Assembly: GCA_050230475.1 (NCBI GenBank)
Contig: JBFLGF010000209.1
Location: forward strand, 1 to 54,714
Length of the DNA: 54,714 nt
Origin: Ancylonema sp.
Taxonomy: Eukaryota
Reading direction: 5' to 3'
A model generated the notes under the pieces. That model was not told the DNA's origin, did no database searches, and saw nothing but the letters and a program-made list of their open reading frames with translations. Numbering within the stretch: position 1 is the stretch's first letter; the number at the start of each line of letters is the position of its first letter. Below are positions 38,190 to 51,093 of the stretch, piece by piece. The translations under genes and the position numbers were made by a program.

Positions 38190-41100
38190 ATAGACTTTCC
38201 GTGTCTGTCAAGTAAGACCTGTGGAAGAGCCTTAGTGAACATATCGGCTGGTTGATTGCCCCTGCAGATACATATACTTCAGCCTACCAGTTCTGTGGCA
38301 CTCTCTCACCCAGTGGTATACCACATTGAAGTGCTTTGGCTTCTCGTGGCGCTGGACTGGGTTCTGGATCATTGAAGAGTGCGGCAGTTGAGTCACTGTA
38401 AACTGTAATTTCATTAGGGAGTTTGAGCTCATGCAGGAGCGACTTCAGGTAAAAGCATTCCTTAAACACACTACAGGCAGCAATATACTCAGCCTCTGCT
38501 ATACTCTGTGCGACTGTAGACTGTTTTTGTGACTTCCAGCTTAAAGCAGTTCCCCCAACAGTAGTGACCCATCCTCTGACCGACTTCCCAGTCATACTGC
38601 AGTTGTTCCAACTAGCATCACAGTACCCCCTGATCTCTTTCCTGCCTCACGTAGCATATTCCGTGATCCACTGTACCCTTTAAATATCTGAACAGTTGGT
38701 GTAAGGATTTGATGTGAGCAGTCCCAGGATTTCACATGTGTTTTGCCAGTACGCCCAGTGCATGCGCAATATCCGGTCTGGTGTGTTTCATTGCATAAAT
38801 GAGTGACCCAATTTTTTCCCGGAATTCGGTTATCTGTTCAGGTGTAGGGGGAAGTTAGAGGTTCATCATCTTGGTGAAATGTCAGTCCAGGTGGTAAGGG
38901 TAGTTTTGTGGGATTACAGTTTGCCATGCCAAAACGTTTCGGAACCTGTTTTATGAACCCTCCCTGATGCAACGTCAGCACCCCCTGTTGTCTGTCCCTT
39001 TTCACTTCCACCCCCGGGATATGGGTCAGGGCCCCAAGATCCTTCATTTTGAATTTCCCAGATAGTTCCTGTTTGAATGCCTTAATGACCATGGTGTTAG
39101 GACCAACTATCACGTGATCATCTACGTGTATTCCCACTATGATTCGTGACTATCCTGTTCCCCTGGCGTATATGCATGTGTCCATAACACACTGTTTGAA
39201 CCCTATACTGAGCATGAAGGTTGTGAACATTTCACCCCAGACCTTGCTACTCTGTTTCAGTCCGTACAGTGCCCCCCTCATTCTCAGAACCTTTCCCTCA
39301 GCCCCTCCCTCAATCTCCATAAATGGTGGAATTTTCATGTATACTTCTTCCGTCAGTCTTCCGTGCAAGAAAGCAGTGACCCCATCCATCTGTTCAATTT
39401 CCCAACCCTCCTGATTCCGCAATAGCTAGTAGAAGAGAGATAGAGGTACTATCTACCTACAGGTGCGAATATTTCATTATAGTCAACTCCTTCTTGTTGT
39501 AGAAAACCTTGGGGGCGACCAGTCCGACTTTATATCTTTCGTTCAAGGGTTCCCGTGGGTGTGTATTTTGTTTTGAATACATTTTTGCACCCCACAGCCC
39601 TTTTACCTCGTGGAAGTTCACACACCTCGAAGGTGTTGAATTCCCCCAAGCTCTTCAGCTCCTCCTGGATAGCAGCTAACCACTGGTCCCAGTCTGGCCT
39701 CCATGGCCTGGTTCAGCGTCAGAGGGTCGGAGGAGTCAGCAGACGTGGCAAAATCATACAGAATCCAGGGTCAGAGGGGGCCGTTGAAGCCTGTGAAGAA
39801 GCATGTCGCTTCCCACCTCCTCGTCCTGAATGGCTGCTGCCAGCGCCTGGTCGTCGAACTCCTCCCCATCGTTTCAGAGGACATCCCCAAAGTGGGCGAA
39901 GTTTGCCCTCCCTTCTCCCCATCACCCTCTCAGCTATGCTCACAACATTTACCCCTTGCCCCTCCCCTTCACCCCCTCCTTGAACCTCCTCCTCCTCGCC
40001 TGCCACTCCTGCGTTGTTGATCCCTGACTGGCTGTCAGACAAGCTCAACCACAGAGATGGGGACCTCAGCAGCTGGTGTGGCGGAACCTGTGTAACACTG
40101 GGGGATCTGGGCTCCTGGGTCGGTGTGTGCTGCTGCTGCTGCTGCTGGCACTGCTGCTGGAGCTGCTGCTGCTGGAGCTGCTGCTGCTTCTGCTTCTGCT
40201 GCTGGCATTGCAACGTTTAGTGCTGCTTGTCCTGATACCCCTCCAGCCTTAGGCTCATCATCCGTGTCGGGGAAAAGCTGAAGAAAGTGTCCATCTGCTG
40301 ACGCCTCGACCTGGGGAGCTCTCCCCCCCATGAGTCTCGGGTACCCCGGCACTTCCTCGAAGAAACGGACGTCTCGCACCATCACGCCGGCTCTGAGCGG
40401 GTCGAAGATGTTGTACCCAGCCTGATCTGCTGCCAGCCCCAATATATACCCCAAAAGCAGTCTTGGCAGCATACTTGTCCCCTTGTTTATTTTTATCATG
40501 CCCAACTAGCAAATATTGAACCAGACAGCCCCGAATGTGTGACTTCTGTCCATTTTTATCTTTCGTCCAGTCCACTCCTCAATAGGTATCCCCCCTGTCA
40601 ATGAACTAGTGGGGGTACTGTTCCTTAACCAGTTTGCGTGCATCAGTGCAACATCCCAATATGATTTAGGCAATTTCTACAACATCAGCAAACATCTCAT
40701 CTTTTCCATCAATGTTCTGTTCAACCTTTCACACATTCCATTCTGTTGAGGGCTGTGAGCAGTCAGTTCATGTCTGATGCCTTTATCCTCACAATAGCCT
40801 CTCCACTCTTTACTTGTGTATTCACCCCCCCCATCTGTCCTGATGAACTTCAAGGCCAGTCCTGATTCAACTTCAAGTTTCTGTACAGTGATGCGCGTTT
40901 GACTGAGAGCCTCGCTCTTGTGCCTGAGGAGAGATATTGTTGACAGTCTAGTGTTGACCTCTATCCCTGTCTGTGCGTAGTCAAACCCTCCGTGGTTGAC
41001 TTAACACCAAAAGGACCTATCAGATCTAGATGCAACCTCCCCATTTTCGGCATAGTGGCCACATCCATCGCTAGCCATAGCATGCCCCTTCTGTCCCATC

Positions 41101-42865
41101 TTCCCCATACAACAGATCTCACAATCCCTGACTTCAGTCAATTCCTCCTGATTCAGTCTCGGTATATCACCACGTCTGGCCATGTCTGACATGGCTGGTA
41201 TACCAGGGTGACCCAGTTTGCCATGCCAGAGCATGCCGATGGACAGATTAGCTTGCAGACCAGAAGAACCAGGCATGATGATAGATGCATGCAGCAATGA
41301 CAGACCATTCCTCTGCCTGCTGACATCAGCCCATTTCAGTCCATTCTTAGTCAGTTTGGGGCCATGTGGTGTCTGGGCAAAGCTCAGCCCACCTCTCTGG
41401 ACGAGGCAGTCGGTGGACACAGGGTCGCAGCGAATGTAGGGACGTGCAGAGCAGCGAGAGGGACGACGAAAAGAGGAGTCGTCGTTCTTCACTTTCACGT
41501 GCACGAAGCCTGTCCCCTCGACCTTGTGAGTCGTGCCATCGGCCGTGTGGATGAAAAAGAATGCTGCATTGGGACGTTGGTGTCGTACTCGACGAAGTGG
41601 TTTCGGTTTACGAAGACGTGATCAGTCGAGCCTGAATCAAGCGATGCGAACAATCAGTTCCAGCTGCCATCGCAATCCTTGCGTCAGATGAGAATGCTGC
41701 ATAAGCTAAGGATTTAGAGGCATCGAAAGGTGTGTCTGGTCTTGCAGCAAGTCTAGCCTGAGAGCTTGATTACGGAGATTTCGAATCAGGTGCAGACAAT
41801 GCCAGATCAGATTTACGCTTTAAACATTCTGCCAATGTGTGTCCAAGCTCTTATCACAGTATCTCTGCACTTTGGTTTCGGACTGCCACTTACCTGGCCA
41901 GCCGATCTTCCACCTCCACCTTGCCGTTGCTGGCCGCATTGCGACAGCCTGTGGCCGGTCTGGTTGCAGCCATGGCACCTCATTGGCGGACGCACGGGGC
42001 AATCCGACTTCAAGTGGCCATATTGGTTGCAGCCGTAGCACTGAGTTCTCGTCAGGTCGCGACTTCCGGGAACGCCGATCCCACCTGGTCGACTTGGGCC
42101 AGCTCCGGAGCTGCCCGAGTACCCTCCCCTTCCTACGAAATCGGCCTGCTGCCCTCCCGGCAGCGCCCCTCTCTTCCGGTCGTTGCAGACCTCCCGTCGA
42201 TCGCCAGCTGACAGAGTGTTGACGGCCTGAGGGATCGTGAAGAGTGATGGTGCAGAAACTGCCCAGGACATCACGCTCTCCACTCGTGCGCTGTAGCGAG
42301 TGTTCAGGGACTTCAGGAAATTTATCGTCTGCTTTGCCGGCTTGACTGGCTCCCCCAGATGCCTTAGCCGATCGTGCAGCTCCTGAAGTCGCTTGACGTA
42401 ATCGCTCAGCTCCTCCGCCTCTCCCATGATAATTGCCGTGAGCTCAGCTTCAGCGTTGGCAATTTCGATGGCTCCCTGAATGTCGTAGAAAGACTTCAGG
42501 GCCTCCCCCATCTCTGCAGCAGTCGTGCAGTTCCTCACATGCGTCAGCTCCCCCGTCTGGAGGTGTTTGAACGATTAGGCCATCGCGGCGATGTTCTTCT
42601 TCGACCAGACCTCTCGAAGGAGAGTCTGTCGACCGATGAGCTGGGTGCGTGCCGTGACCGTTCTGGCGATGTCCGCAGCATCCAGCGTATCGAGCTCATG
42701 CTGCGTGTGTGGTAGAAACACGGCAGGCTCTTCTTGCCTCGGCGACTTTCCCCAATCCATAACTATGTCGTGCAGCTTCTTGTCTGCCAGACCAAACTTG
42801 ATCTTAAATGCCCACCCTTTGTAGTCTGCTCCTGTGAATACCGGAATGTATGATTTCTCCGTCAT
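38190..42865 (-). pseudogene. Copia gag-pol polyprotein, disrupted by frameshifts and stops
   Basis: Gag with two CX2CX4HX4C knuckles (CYGCNQYGHLKSDC, CHGCNQTGHRLSQC); protease LDSGSTDH (~41620-41645); GAG-pre-integrase LWHGKLGH...CEICCMGK; integrase IRTDGGGEY and SPQQNGMCERLNRTL; RT GALYGLKQS and IHVDD; RNase H GYCDASW and SIAEAEYIA. Confidence 0.92.
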
Positions 42866-43086
42866 GTTAGGCTACAGCTAAAATTCTTGGTGTTCAGCTC
42901 CCAGCTGCTTTCTTGAGCGTGTTTCGTGCAGCGCTACTTGCAGCGCTACTCACACCAGCGCAATCGAAGGATTACGTGCAGTACTTAATAACCTCTACCT
43001 CAGAGTGCCTTTAGCAGCGAATTGTGTGGAATGCCTGTAGTTATTGACACAACGTCTCTAACTAGACCGCTTGTGGGCCCATAACC

Positions 43087-43542
43087 TTTTAGGGATGTTA
43101 CGTGATTGGTGTGCGAGGCAGTGTGATTCTTTCCGTACAAGGAACTTACGTCTCTCAGAAGTGATCAATGACAAAGTGTTGAGTTGGAAGAATAATCTTG
43201 AATGGTCGGCATCGTGTAGGGTATACCACGATGCCTCGTCCACAACATGAATCTACAAAGCCCGACAGTCGTGTCTGCGAACCGTCGGCCTATCATAACT
43301 CAACAACAGTCAGATCCTGTCAACGGCACACGCCGGACAGTCTGACAAAACATAACGTCTAGATTCCGGAACCATCTAGACCGCACGTGCTACAAACGGC
43401 ACAATCGAAACGTCATATTCGGGTGTCCGGACATAAGTCCAGCCCCTCATTATAAGCAACAACCTAGGAACACTACCGGTTACATAACCGGCAGTCCGGA
43501 CTAGCACGCTAGCAAAAACATGGCTCCGATATAATTCCTACA
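43087..43542 (-). repeat. 5' LTR of the copia element (456 bp)
   Basis: Direct repeat of 37012-37469, roughly 95% identical by eye; followed on the minus strand by the PBS. Confidence 0.95.
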
Positions 43543-45625
43543 GTTGACTGCGACACATAATGCTAGTGCTTAGTGTTCCCGTGCACGTGTTTGGCTTATT
43601 TCGAGCAAGAAGAGATGTTGGTCTCCAACAATGACGTATTGATCTACGTTTTCCAAATCAAAAAAATAAGAAACACATAAATCATCTTTAGGCGATTCGG
43701 TATATCAAGATAACTTTTAGCGTTGAGTAAAGTGTGGCGGAAAAAGAGGTCACTAAAACAAATAGTCCACTGTATCGAGATTCGAGAGGTGACATTGTAG
43801 GAGCACGTGAGGAATTTTATAAATCACCGTCAATTTTGTAAAACTACACGGAACACCATCTTGAAAGACGAAATACGTAGTATTAAAACCTTAAAACAAG
43901 TGCGTACCTCTTACACGTGTTTCATGCTCTCCACTCGTGCAAATTCTCATAGAGTCGAAGGTTCTCTTCTTACACTCAAAACATTAATAACTCCTTACAC
44001 TCAAACCCGGATGTAAGAAACTTAGATAAGAGGGGAAAATAACGAATTTAACGCCTACAACGAATATTTAATGAACTTTCTTATTCTCATAAAGAAGAGT
44101 TGTGATCGTGTATCGGGAGACAAGTGTATCGGGGGGACATCGAGAAATGCTTATCCTACGTTTGGTCACGGGGATCGACCTGGTCAAATCTTTGCGCGTG
44201 CGATTTTTTTATTTGTATATGTGGACATGCAATATCTGATTCGGAGGACTTTTTAATTGAGAAGCTTACGGGGTGGTATTAGTCCTCACGTCAGTAGTAG
44301 TCCTCAGTCCTCCTCCTTCATTATAGGCGGTTGCTAGAAAGAGGCAATTTCGTATACGAAGTATTAATAAATGCAAAATATTATGAGGGGGGTAATTATG
44401 AAGAAGGGGTGAACTGCATATACGAAACTCGTATTAGTAACAAGATAATAGACTTAAACCTCGATGTGAAAATCTTTGCTGTAATAAACTCTTCGCTATT
44501 AAAAACTATTTTGCAAAAAAAAAAATGCGTTTTTGCACACGTTTGTGATACACGTAATAAACATTTGCTATTAAAAACCTTCTTACCGTTTATATTAGGT
44601 ATTAATTAATTATTAAAACCCGAAATCAATCATATATATTAATACCTATGAGGCCGGAATCATTAACCAAAAATCATTGATATTAATACCACTTTTGGAT
44701 TCGTTTTGAATTTTGTATGTAGGTTTCCAGAAATCATTGCCAAAAATCATCAATAATAACAACCGGATTCCCGGAATCTTTCTTACAAATCATTTAAAAA
44801 ATCAATTCGTTTTGGAAAAAAAAAATCCATTTCCGGTGCCCAGTACGGTATCTGGTTTCTAATGACGTGGTTTGTATAGGGAGTTCTGGCGGGGAATAGG
44901 AAAAACCGAGAATTCTTCCCACAGGTTTTGCGTTGGTAAATAACGAAATGCGTAAAATGCGGTATATCGTCAACCGTCTATGTTCTGATGGGCCCAAATT
45001 TCAGATTACGTTAATATCACAACCCTACATCCGTTTCACGACGTTACCCGCTGTGAATGTAGAAGTGTATCCCCCCTGGATCCAGGTACTGGACAGCCTG
45101 GCTCGGAGATTCAATGGTGGATGTGGCTATGCCACGTAGCTGAATTGATTTCTAAGAACGTGTGTGGATCTGCGGCCCCAAGTTTGAAAACATGTTGTCG
45201 TGGACGCATGACTGCCAAGTCTAGAATATCTAGATCCAACCGTTCCTGTAGGTGGTGAAGTTAATGGTCGCGGCAAATTACAGCTGGATAATTAAAAAGT
45301 GCTCTCGTTAGAAGTATCTGCTTCCGAGATTTCTGCTGTATCTTGGGGAAAGAGGAACGTGGCCTTATGTGCGCCACAAGGCGTAGACACCTGCGGTGGT
45401 TGCCAGCGGTCCCTCGCCGGGCACTGATGGAAAGCAGAGGACAGACAGTGCGAAAGTTCGAATATAGACGTTAACGTGCCCTGCCACAGTGAGGGTTGTT
45501 ACGGGGTTCAATGATTTTGCGAGATTATCGCTCGTAAGATGGCAGGCCGTGTGGTTAAATGCGTTTAGAACTACCTACTGGGTCTTGCGATGAAGCCGTT
45601 TGTGTCGTAGTAAATCCCCAAATAG

Positions 45626-47325
45626 GGTGATCTGGTTAGCTGTGCCCTTGCAAGTATGTTTCCATCAGAATACGGCTTGCCTTTTCCTCAGCGCTTGAAG
45701 TATTCCATTTCAAATGTACAGAGTCCGATGATGGGAGGGTTTCTTCCCCGTACCCATCCAGAAGAGGTAATGCCAATGAATATGCGCCCCCATCGAGACG
45801 TCGATACACTAGCAAGGGCACGGTGGTTACACAATCCTTTCGTTGTTGCTTCCGAGGGACCTTGCTGCTCGGAGGTCGATTCTTTCGATCCAGGCCCGGC
45901 GCAGGACACGGTGCCTTTCGCGGATGACCGTCGGGGAACTGCTTCTGTTGCGCTAAGGGTACATGAGGATACTTCAGGACAGAACCTGGTGGAGGGTGAT
46001 GCAAGAGGCGGAGTTGACCTCACGTCAGTGCTGACCTCTTCGAGTGAGTTCCGCAACCGTCAGCAATCCTCACCACCAGACCCAGGCAACGCAGTCCATA
46101 CATGTGATGTACGGGAAGATGTAGAGCAGCCTGTTCCACAAGTGACACCTTCGGCGGCAGTCGGTCCATCAGGAGACGTAGATTGCGGCCGGCTATTCGG
46201 TCATCTGGCAAATGCAGCGTATTTTCCGGGTTCAGTACCACTCGCCGATTGCCATGCAGACACGGATGACTCTCTGGCCTGTCGCAACAGGTTACTCCCA
46301 CCTCGTACCAACCAAGAATCTCAGCGCCTGATAGCCACGTGGCCTCAACGCGAGGGCCGCACGAGCCACAGGGGTACAGGTAGCGGTCAGTCCACTTCGA
46401 GGCAGAGTGGTTCCAGGGCGGGTCGGAACCATGGTTGCAGTCCAGGTGTCATTTTAGCGTTGGATCCCACGCTGGAGGAGGGAGGTGACACGTCGTCCGT
46501 AAGACCGGACGAGATGACGACCACTGACGAGCCTGGAGTCCCATGGCAGTCCAGACCGCCATTCGGGTCCCAGTTGGTCGAGGATACGACGTCCCTTTTT
46601 CGTGATACACCAGCAGAGGGAGGCGATAATTTGACGGCTTTCCTGCAGATGTTTCGGAAAACCGAAGTGCCGAGTGACACCAGTGCATCCGGGGCCAATC
46701 AGAAGCGATCCTGGAATCTGGGATACCAGCAGGCTCTATTGCCGCCGTTGAATCCTGTCTCCCGATCCTGGAATTTGGGATACCATAAGACGCTACTGCC
46801 GCCGCTGGATCCTGTCTCCCGACGGGTAACTCCCCAGGTACTGTCCACGTGTTCCTCTCTTAGCCACTGTGCTTTCTGCCGGGTTCATTTTTGAAACGCC
46901 AAATCTGTTTTACCAACATCTCTAAGTCACAAATCAGGTAGGCTTAGGTGAACGGCTACCTTCCTTACTAATGGGTGGTCAGGTCTAGCTTTGACAGGGC
47001 TGTAACAGACAAGGTTTTTAGCATATGCTTACTAGGGTTCTCTCTCTGTGGTCATTTCAAAGACATGTAAACAATCTAAGCTCAGATTTTTGATAACTAT
47101 ATATCAGATACCCACATGTTCTCACTCACATGGTCTCTTCCGCACCCGCGCGCCTTGGCCTGCCCGAGGCGTTAGTATACCTCTTGTCGTTTCCTTTTCT
47201 TGAGACTTTTGCCACCGGGACTTCTGCCATGCAGGTGAACTTTTCTCTGATTGGCGACAAACGGAGAATTTCAAACGTGGCTGTCTGCTACGACATGCAA
47301 TTAATGAACGGCAGTTCGAACCGGA
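45626..47325 (+). CDS. Orphan low-complexity protein (412-aa ORF 45656-46894, probably a large exon 45626-46838 plus exon 47234-47325)
   Basis: Long GC-richer open frame bounded by AG (45624-45625) and CAG|GTACTG (46838); phase-compatible next exon VNFSLIGDKRRISNVAVCYDMQLMNGSSNR. No recognisable domain. Confidence 0.45.
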
Positions 47326-48442
47326 GGTGGTTCTGTGGCTTTTGAATTGTGCCACGTGTAGATACGTGTGAGGCAGCTAGCTTACTATTGTCTGCCATGT
47401 GGCAGATGGCAATGATTAGGGATTGACCTTGGCTGCTTGACTTGGTTAGTGTACGATGTACATTTTCTGATATTTGGATGAGTGAAAGCCTACATCAGAG
47501 GTAGTCAATTATTTTATTTCTAATCCTCGAAGATATTGCTAACTTTCAGCCCTTGCTTCCTAGTTACGTAGTATTTGAAAAGAATCTACGTCGCACAAAA
47601 ACATAACAGTAGTGTCACACTTGTGACATGTCCGCCTCTATGCTATTGCGTGGCCTATGCGAGCATGAGCATGAAATGAGCAGCATGTCATTTCTGAATT
47701 GTAACAAATTGTAGTGTAGAGGTGGTGCAACATTGTATTTCCCTAAAAATGTGTGTGATGTCAATCTTTCCACGCTATGCTTTGTTATGAATGAGAAGTG
47801 GAAAATACAAGGTGGTGGTGGTGGTGGTGTGTCAAGGCCCATTGGAAAACATGGAGAAAATGACATGTCTATTATAATGTTTGAGCAAATTCGGTGTAGT
47901 TTGCATGGAGGGACGATAAATGTTGAAGGTGCAGCAAATTTGTTTTTAAACTCGTACCACTAAAACTTTACAAAATTAAAAGTCTATCCGTAGTGGCCAT
48001 ACATAATGACCCGATATTTTTTAAACGAATTAATTAGCCAAGAAACTACTACTTGACCTAACCTGTGCACCCAATATAAAATTTTCCAAAATCCTGAAAA
48101 CAGCGAAATCGTCTACGCGTAAGAATAGATGGTGTTGGAAGTTTTCGAAGCTTGTAGGAAGGTGAACTGCACCGACGAATGTTCGAAGACAAAGTACTGG
48201 GAAGTACTCATACCTGGAATATTCCGTTCAGTTTTGCCGGGCGGAATCAAAAAAATTGTGCTAATTCGACGATGCGTCATAGCGCCAAAACCTGAATATA
48301 ACCTCCAAACCCTCTCACGTGTCGCCTCAGTAGTTCACTCCCGCGTGTAGTGCGCACTCGTAACCGCGACGTCGCACGGCACGTTCTTGTCTTCTGCGTG
48401 TCTGACCATGATGAGGGTTGTGTGGCTGATTTTCCTCCTCAG

Positions 48443-49166
48443 AGAACGTTCAATGTGTTCTTTTGTCATTGGGGATACGGAATTAGGAGGGGGTGGGGGG
48501 AGATGCGAGCTATCAACTCCTCAACCTCCGCTTGCGTTTACGGACGAGGAAACGGCCGAAATGTGTGCAGAGGCGGGAAATAACCAGTCGGACTACACGA
48601 GAAACACCTACAACACAAGCTATCAAAACTTCATAGTAAGATACATTTAGAACTTCTTTGTCTTTTCGGATTGTTTTCATCGAATTAACCAATCCAAATT
48701 ATTATTATTAAAGAAAGCAATTTGTATTGCCACCCTGCGACTGAGTTCTTACAGTAACTAGGGCGTCTTGCTGATCGAGAATTCATTTCAGCTGCCAAAT
48801 TTTGTTTTGGCAACAGATGCGCCCAGGATTATTGGGTGGAGAAAGGGTATCCCAGGTAGCTTGATGCGGAGTGGAAATATGCCTTGTTAGCGGATATGGT
48901 CATTGTTTTTTTGAAACACAAAGCGGAACATGTGATTATTTATTGCCCTTAACTAAGATTCGGTAGGCGTGTTCGAATACCTTTCATTTTATTAATCTCT
49001 GGTCATGGCTGGGTTCTGGATTAGGGATCAAGCCACGATGTGCTTCAGAAGTACATGAAGTCGTTTGTGGACCGTCATCTACGCGAGTGCGCATCAATGG
49101 ACAAGCAGGAGCAGAGACTTCGCCACAACCCTAACATCAAGGGGATTCTGAACGCATATTCGGCCG
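48443..49166 (+). CDS. Three-exon fragment resembling a tyrosine-recombinase/Crypton core-binding (SAM-like) domain; one in-frame TAG
   Basis: Exons 48443-48635, 48827-48931, 49025-49166 join in phase 0: NNQSDYTRNTYNTSYQNFI|DYWVEKGYPR*LDAEWKYALLADMVIVFLKHKAEH|GSSHDVLQKYMKSFVDRH...LRHNPNIKGIL. Pattern resemblance only; no catalytic domain seen. Confidence 0.4.
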
Positions 49167-50518
49167 GTTTGGGGCGAAAACGTTTCTTGTTGTGATGCGA
49201 TTTGCTCATTACTTATTTGATTACATATAGATCAAACAAACGGTGCTTGCATGTTAGTTTCTAATGCCAATGATTTTTTATTGCATGGCCGATTATTTCA
49301 ATCTCAAACGAGTAAATTGTCATATATTTGAGTATATGTTGACATAAATCATTACCATTTACTTTCTATCACTTTGCTAAGTCAAAACGCCAACTTAGTG
49401 CATCGTGCACAACTGTCACAAATGTCAGCAATACTATCAAACGTTTACGTTTCCCCAATTGTCAGACTATGCATCTTAATTGCTACAAAGTTACACAATA
49501 CTTGTTGACATTTTTCTTCACGTGCGGACATTAACCCTAACGAATTCTAAGACGCAACTAAGATGCAAAAATATAACAAAAAAACCACTATGAAGATATA
49601 CGAGTCAAAAAAATTGTCAATCACACCAGGACTACGCAGCTCTCGTTGTCCAATTTATTACTCATATACCCCATGAATTAGATTTACCAAACGATGTTAT
49701 ATTGAGCATGTGAATCTATGTACGACGCATATAACATCATATTGACAAGACTCACTAAGCATGTGTAAAGTTACTAGACACTTTTTCACAAACCCACCAC
49801 AAATAAGTCCTCCCACCATCATCCAAAACAATAGTACAATTCATAACTAACTCAAATTGAATAACTAGAAACTCTTATCCTACTTACAAACTCCCGAGTT
49901 CCGAAGAAAGGTAAACACCATAGAACACTTGCCAAATCCGGAAAATAATACAGATTAAAAATAGCAACATATGTCGCTCTCTGCACATTTTATGATTTTG
50001 TTTATTTCATGCTTCATGAGAAAGGGGGCACAAAATGGTGCCGACAACACACATAAAAGGATGCGAAAAGGAGGGCACAAAGAAGTGCTCAAAAAAAAGG
50101 AGGGGGGAAAGAGTGCTCACAAAGAAGAAGTGAGCACAACAGGGGGCGTTTTGGGATGCACACAAAATGCAATAAGAAAAGGGGGGCATGATTAAGTGCT
50201 CACACATGGGGGAATGAAGAGGGGGGTCGGGGGATACTACTTACGATAGGGCGGCTAGATACAAGAGGCCAAAATACGGCGAATATGAGAGGGGTGGAAA
50301 TACATGGCGGCTGAAAGGGATTTTGAAAAAAAGGAAATGACGGGAGCCCACGAAGATGGGGGGGGGAGGGGGGGGAGGGGGGGAAGGGGGAGAAGTGGGG
50401 AAGGGAGGAGAGGGGGTGGGGAGGGGGAGGTGCTTACAGTTGGGCCTAGTGACAAGGAGGCAGACGATGGGCGATGGCCCCGCGCCTTCCCCGGCGTACT
50501 TCCGATTCAGGTCTTATA

Positions 50519-50755
50519 CCGTAGTGGCCATACATAATGACCCGGTTTTAAGAAACGAATTAATTTAGCTAAGAAACCACCACTTGACCCAACCCGCGCA
50601 CCCAATATAAAATTTCTAAAAATCCTGAAAAATATTTATTATCTTGTGACCCACATTATAGAATGACCCACTTTTTTAAAAAATTGAATTATTTAATTTG
50701 ACCCGACCCACCCTTCTCATAATTATTTGCGGGTCATTATGTGTGGCCAGTACGG
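50519..50755. mobile_element. Tc1/mariner-type MITE, copy 1
   Basis: 26-bp near-perfect TIRs CCGTAGTGGCCATACATAATGACCCG / CGGGTCATTATGTGTGGCCAGTACGG, flanked by TA on both sides. Confidence 0.88.
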
Positions 50756-50853
50756 TATTGTGACCCACATTAGAGAATGACCCACTTTTTTGAAAAATTT
50801 AATTATTTAATTTGACCCGACCCACCCTTCTCATAATTATTTGAGGGTCATTA

Positions 50854-51093
50854 CCGTAGTGGCCATACATAATGACCCGGGTTTTAAGAAACGAATTAAT
50901 TTAACTAAGAAACCACCACATGACCCAACCAGCGCACCCAATATAATATTTTTTTAAATCCTGAAAAAAATATTTATTATCTGGTGACCCACATTATAGA
51001 AAGACCCACTTTTTTGAAAAAATGAATTATTTAATTTGACCCGACCCACCCTTCTCATAATTATTTGCGGGTCATTATGTGTGGCCAGTACGG
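50854..51093. mobile_element. Tc1/mariner-type MITE, copy 2
   Basis: Near-identical to 50519-50755; TA TSD; inserted in the TA inside the host element's right TIR. Confidence 0.88.

Larger units (their letters stand above)
37012..43542 (-). mobile_element. Full-length but decayed Ty1/copia LTR retrotransposon
   Basis: LTRs 43087-43542 (5') and 37012-37469 (3'); 5-bp TSD GTTGA (37007-37011, 43543-43547); PBS GGTTATGGGCCCA; PPT GAGGGGGTG. Domain order gag, protease, integrase, RT, RNase H is that of copia. Confidence 0.96.

Noticed and set aside
40677..40679. TAG in copia integrase (MRCLLML*KLPKSYW) as support for UAG=Glu
   Set aside because: The position is usually Ser/Ala, and the element also has a TAA (42577-42575) and many frameshifts, so it is best read as decay. 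It shows that TE-borne TAGs are weak evidence.
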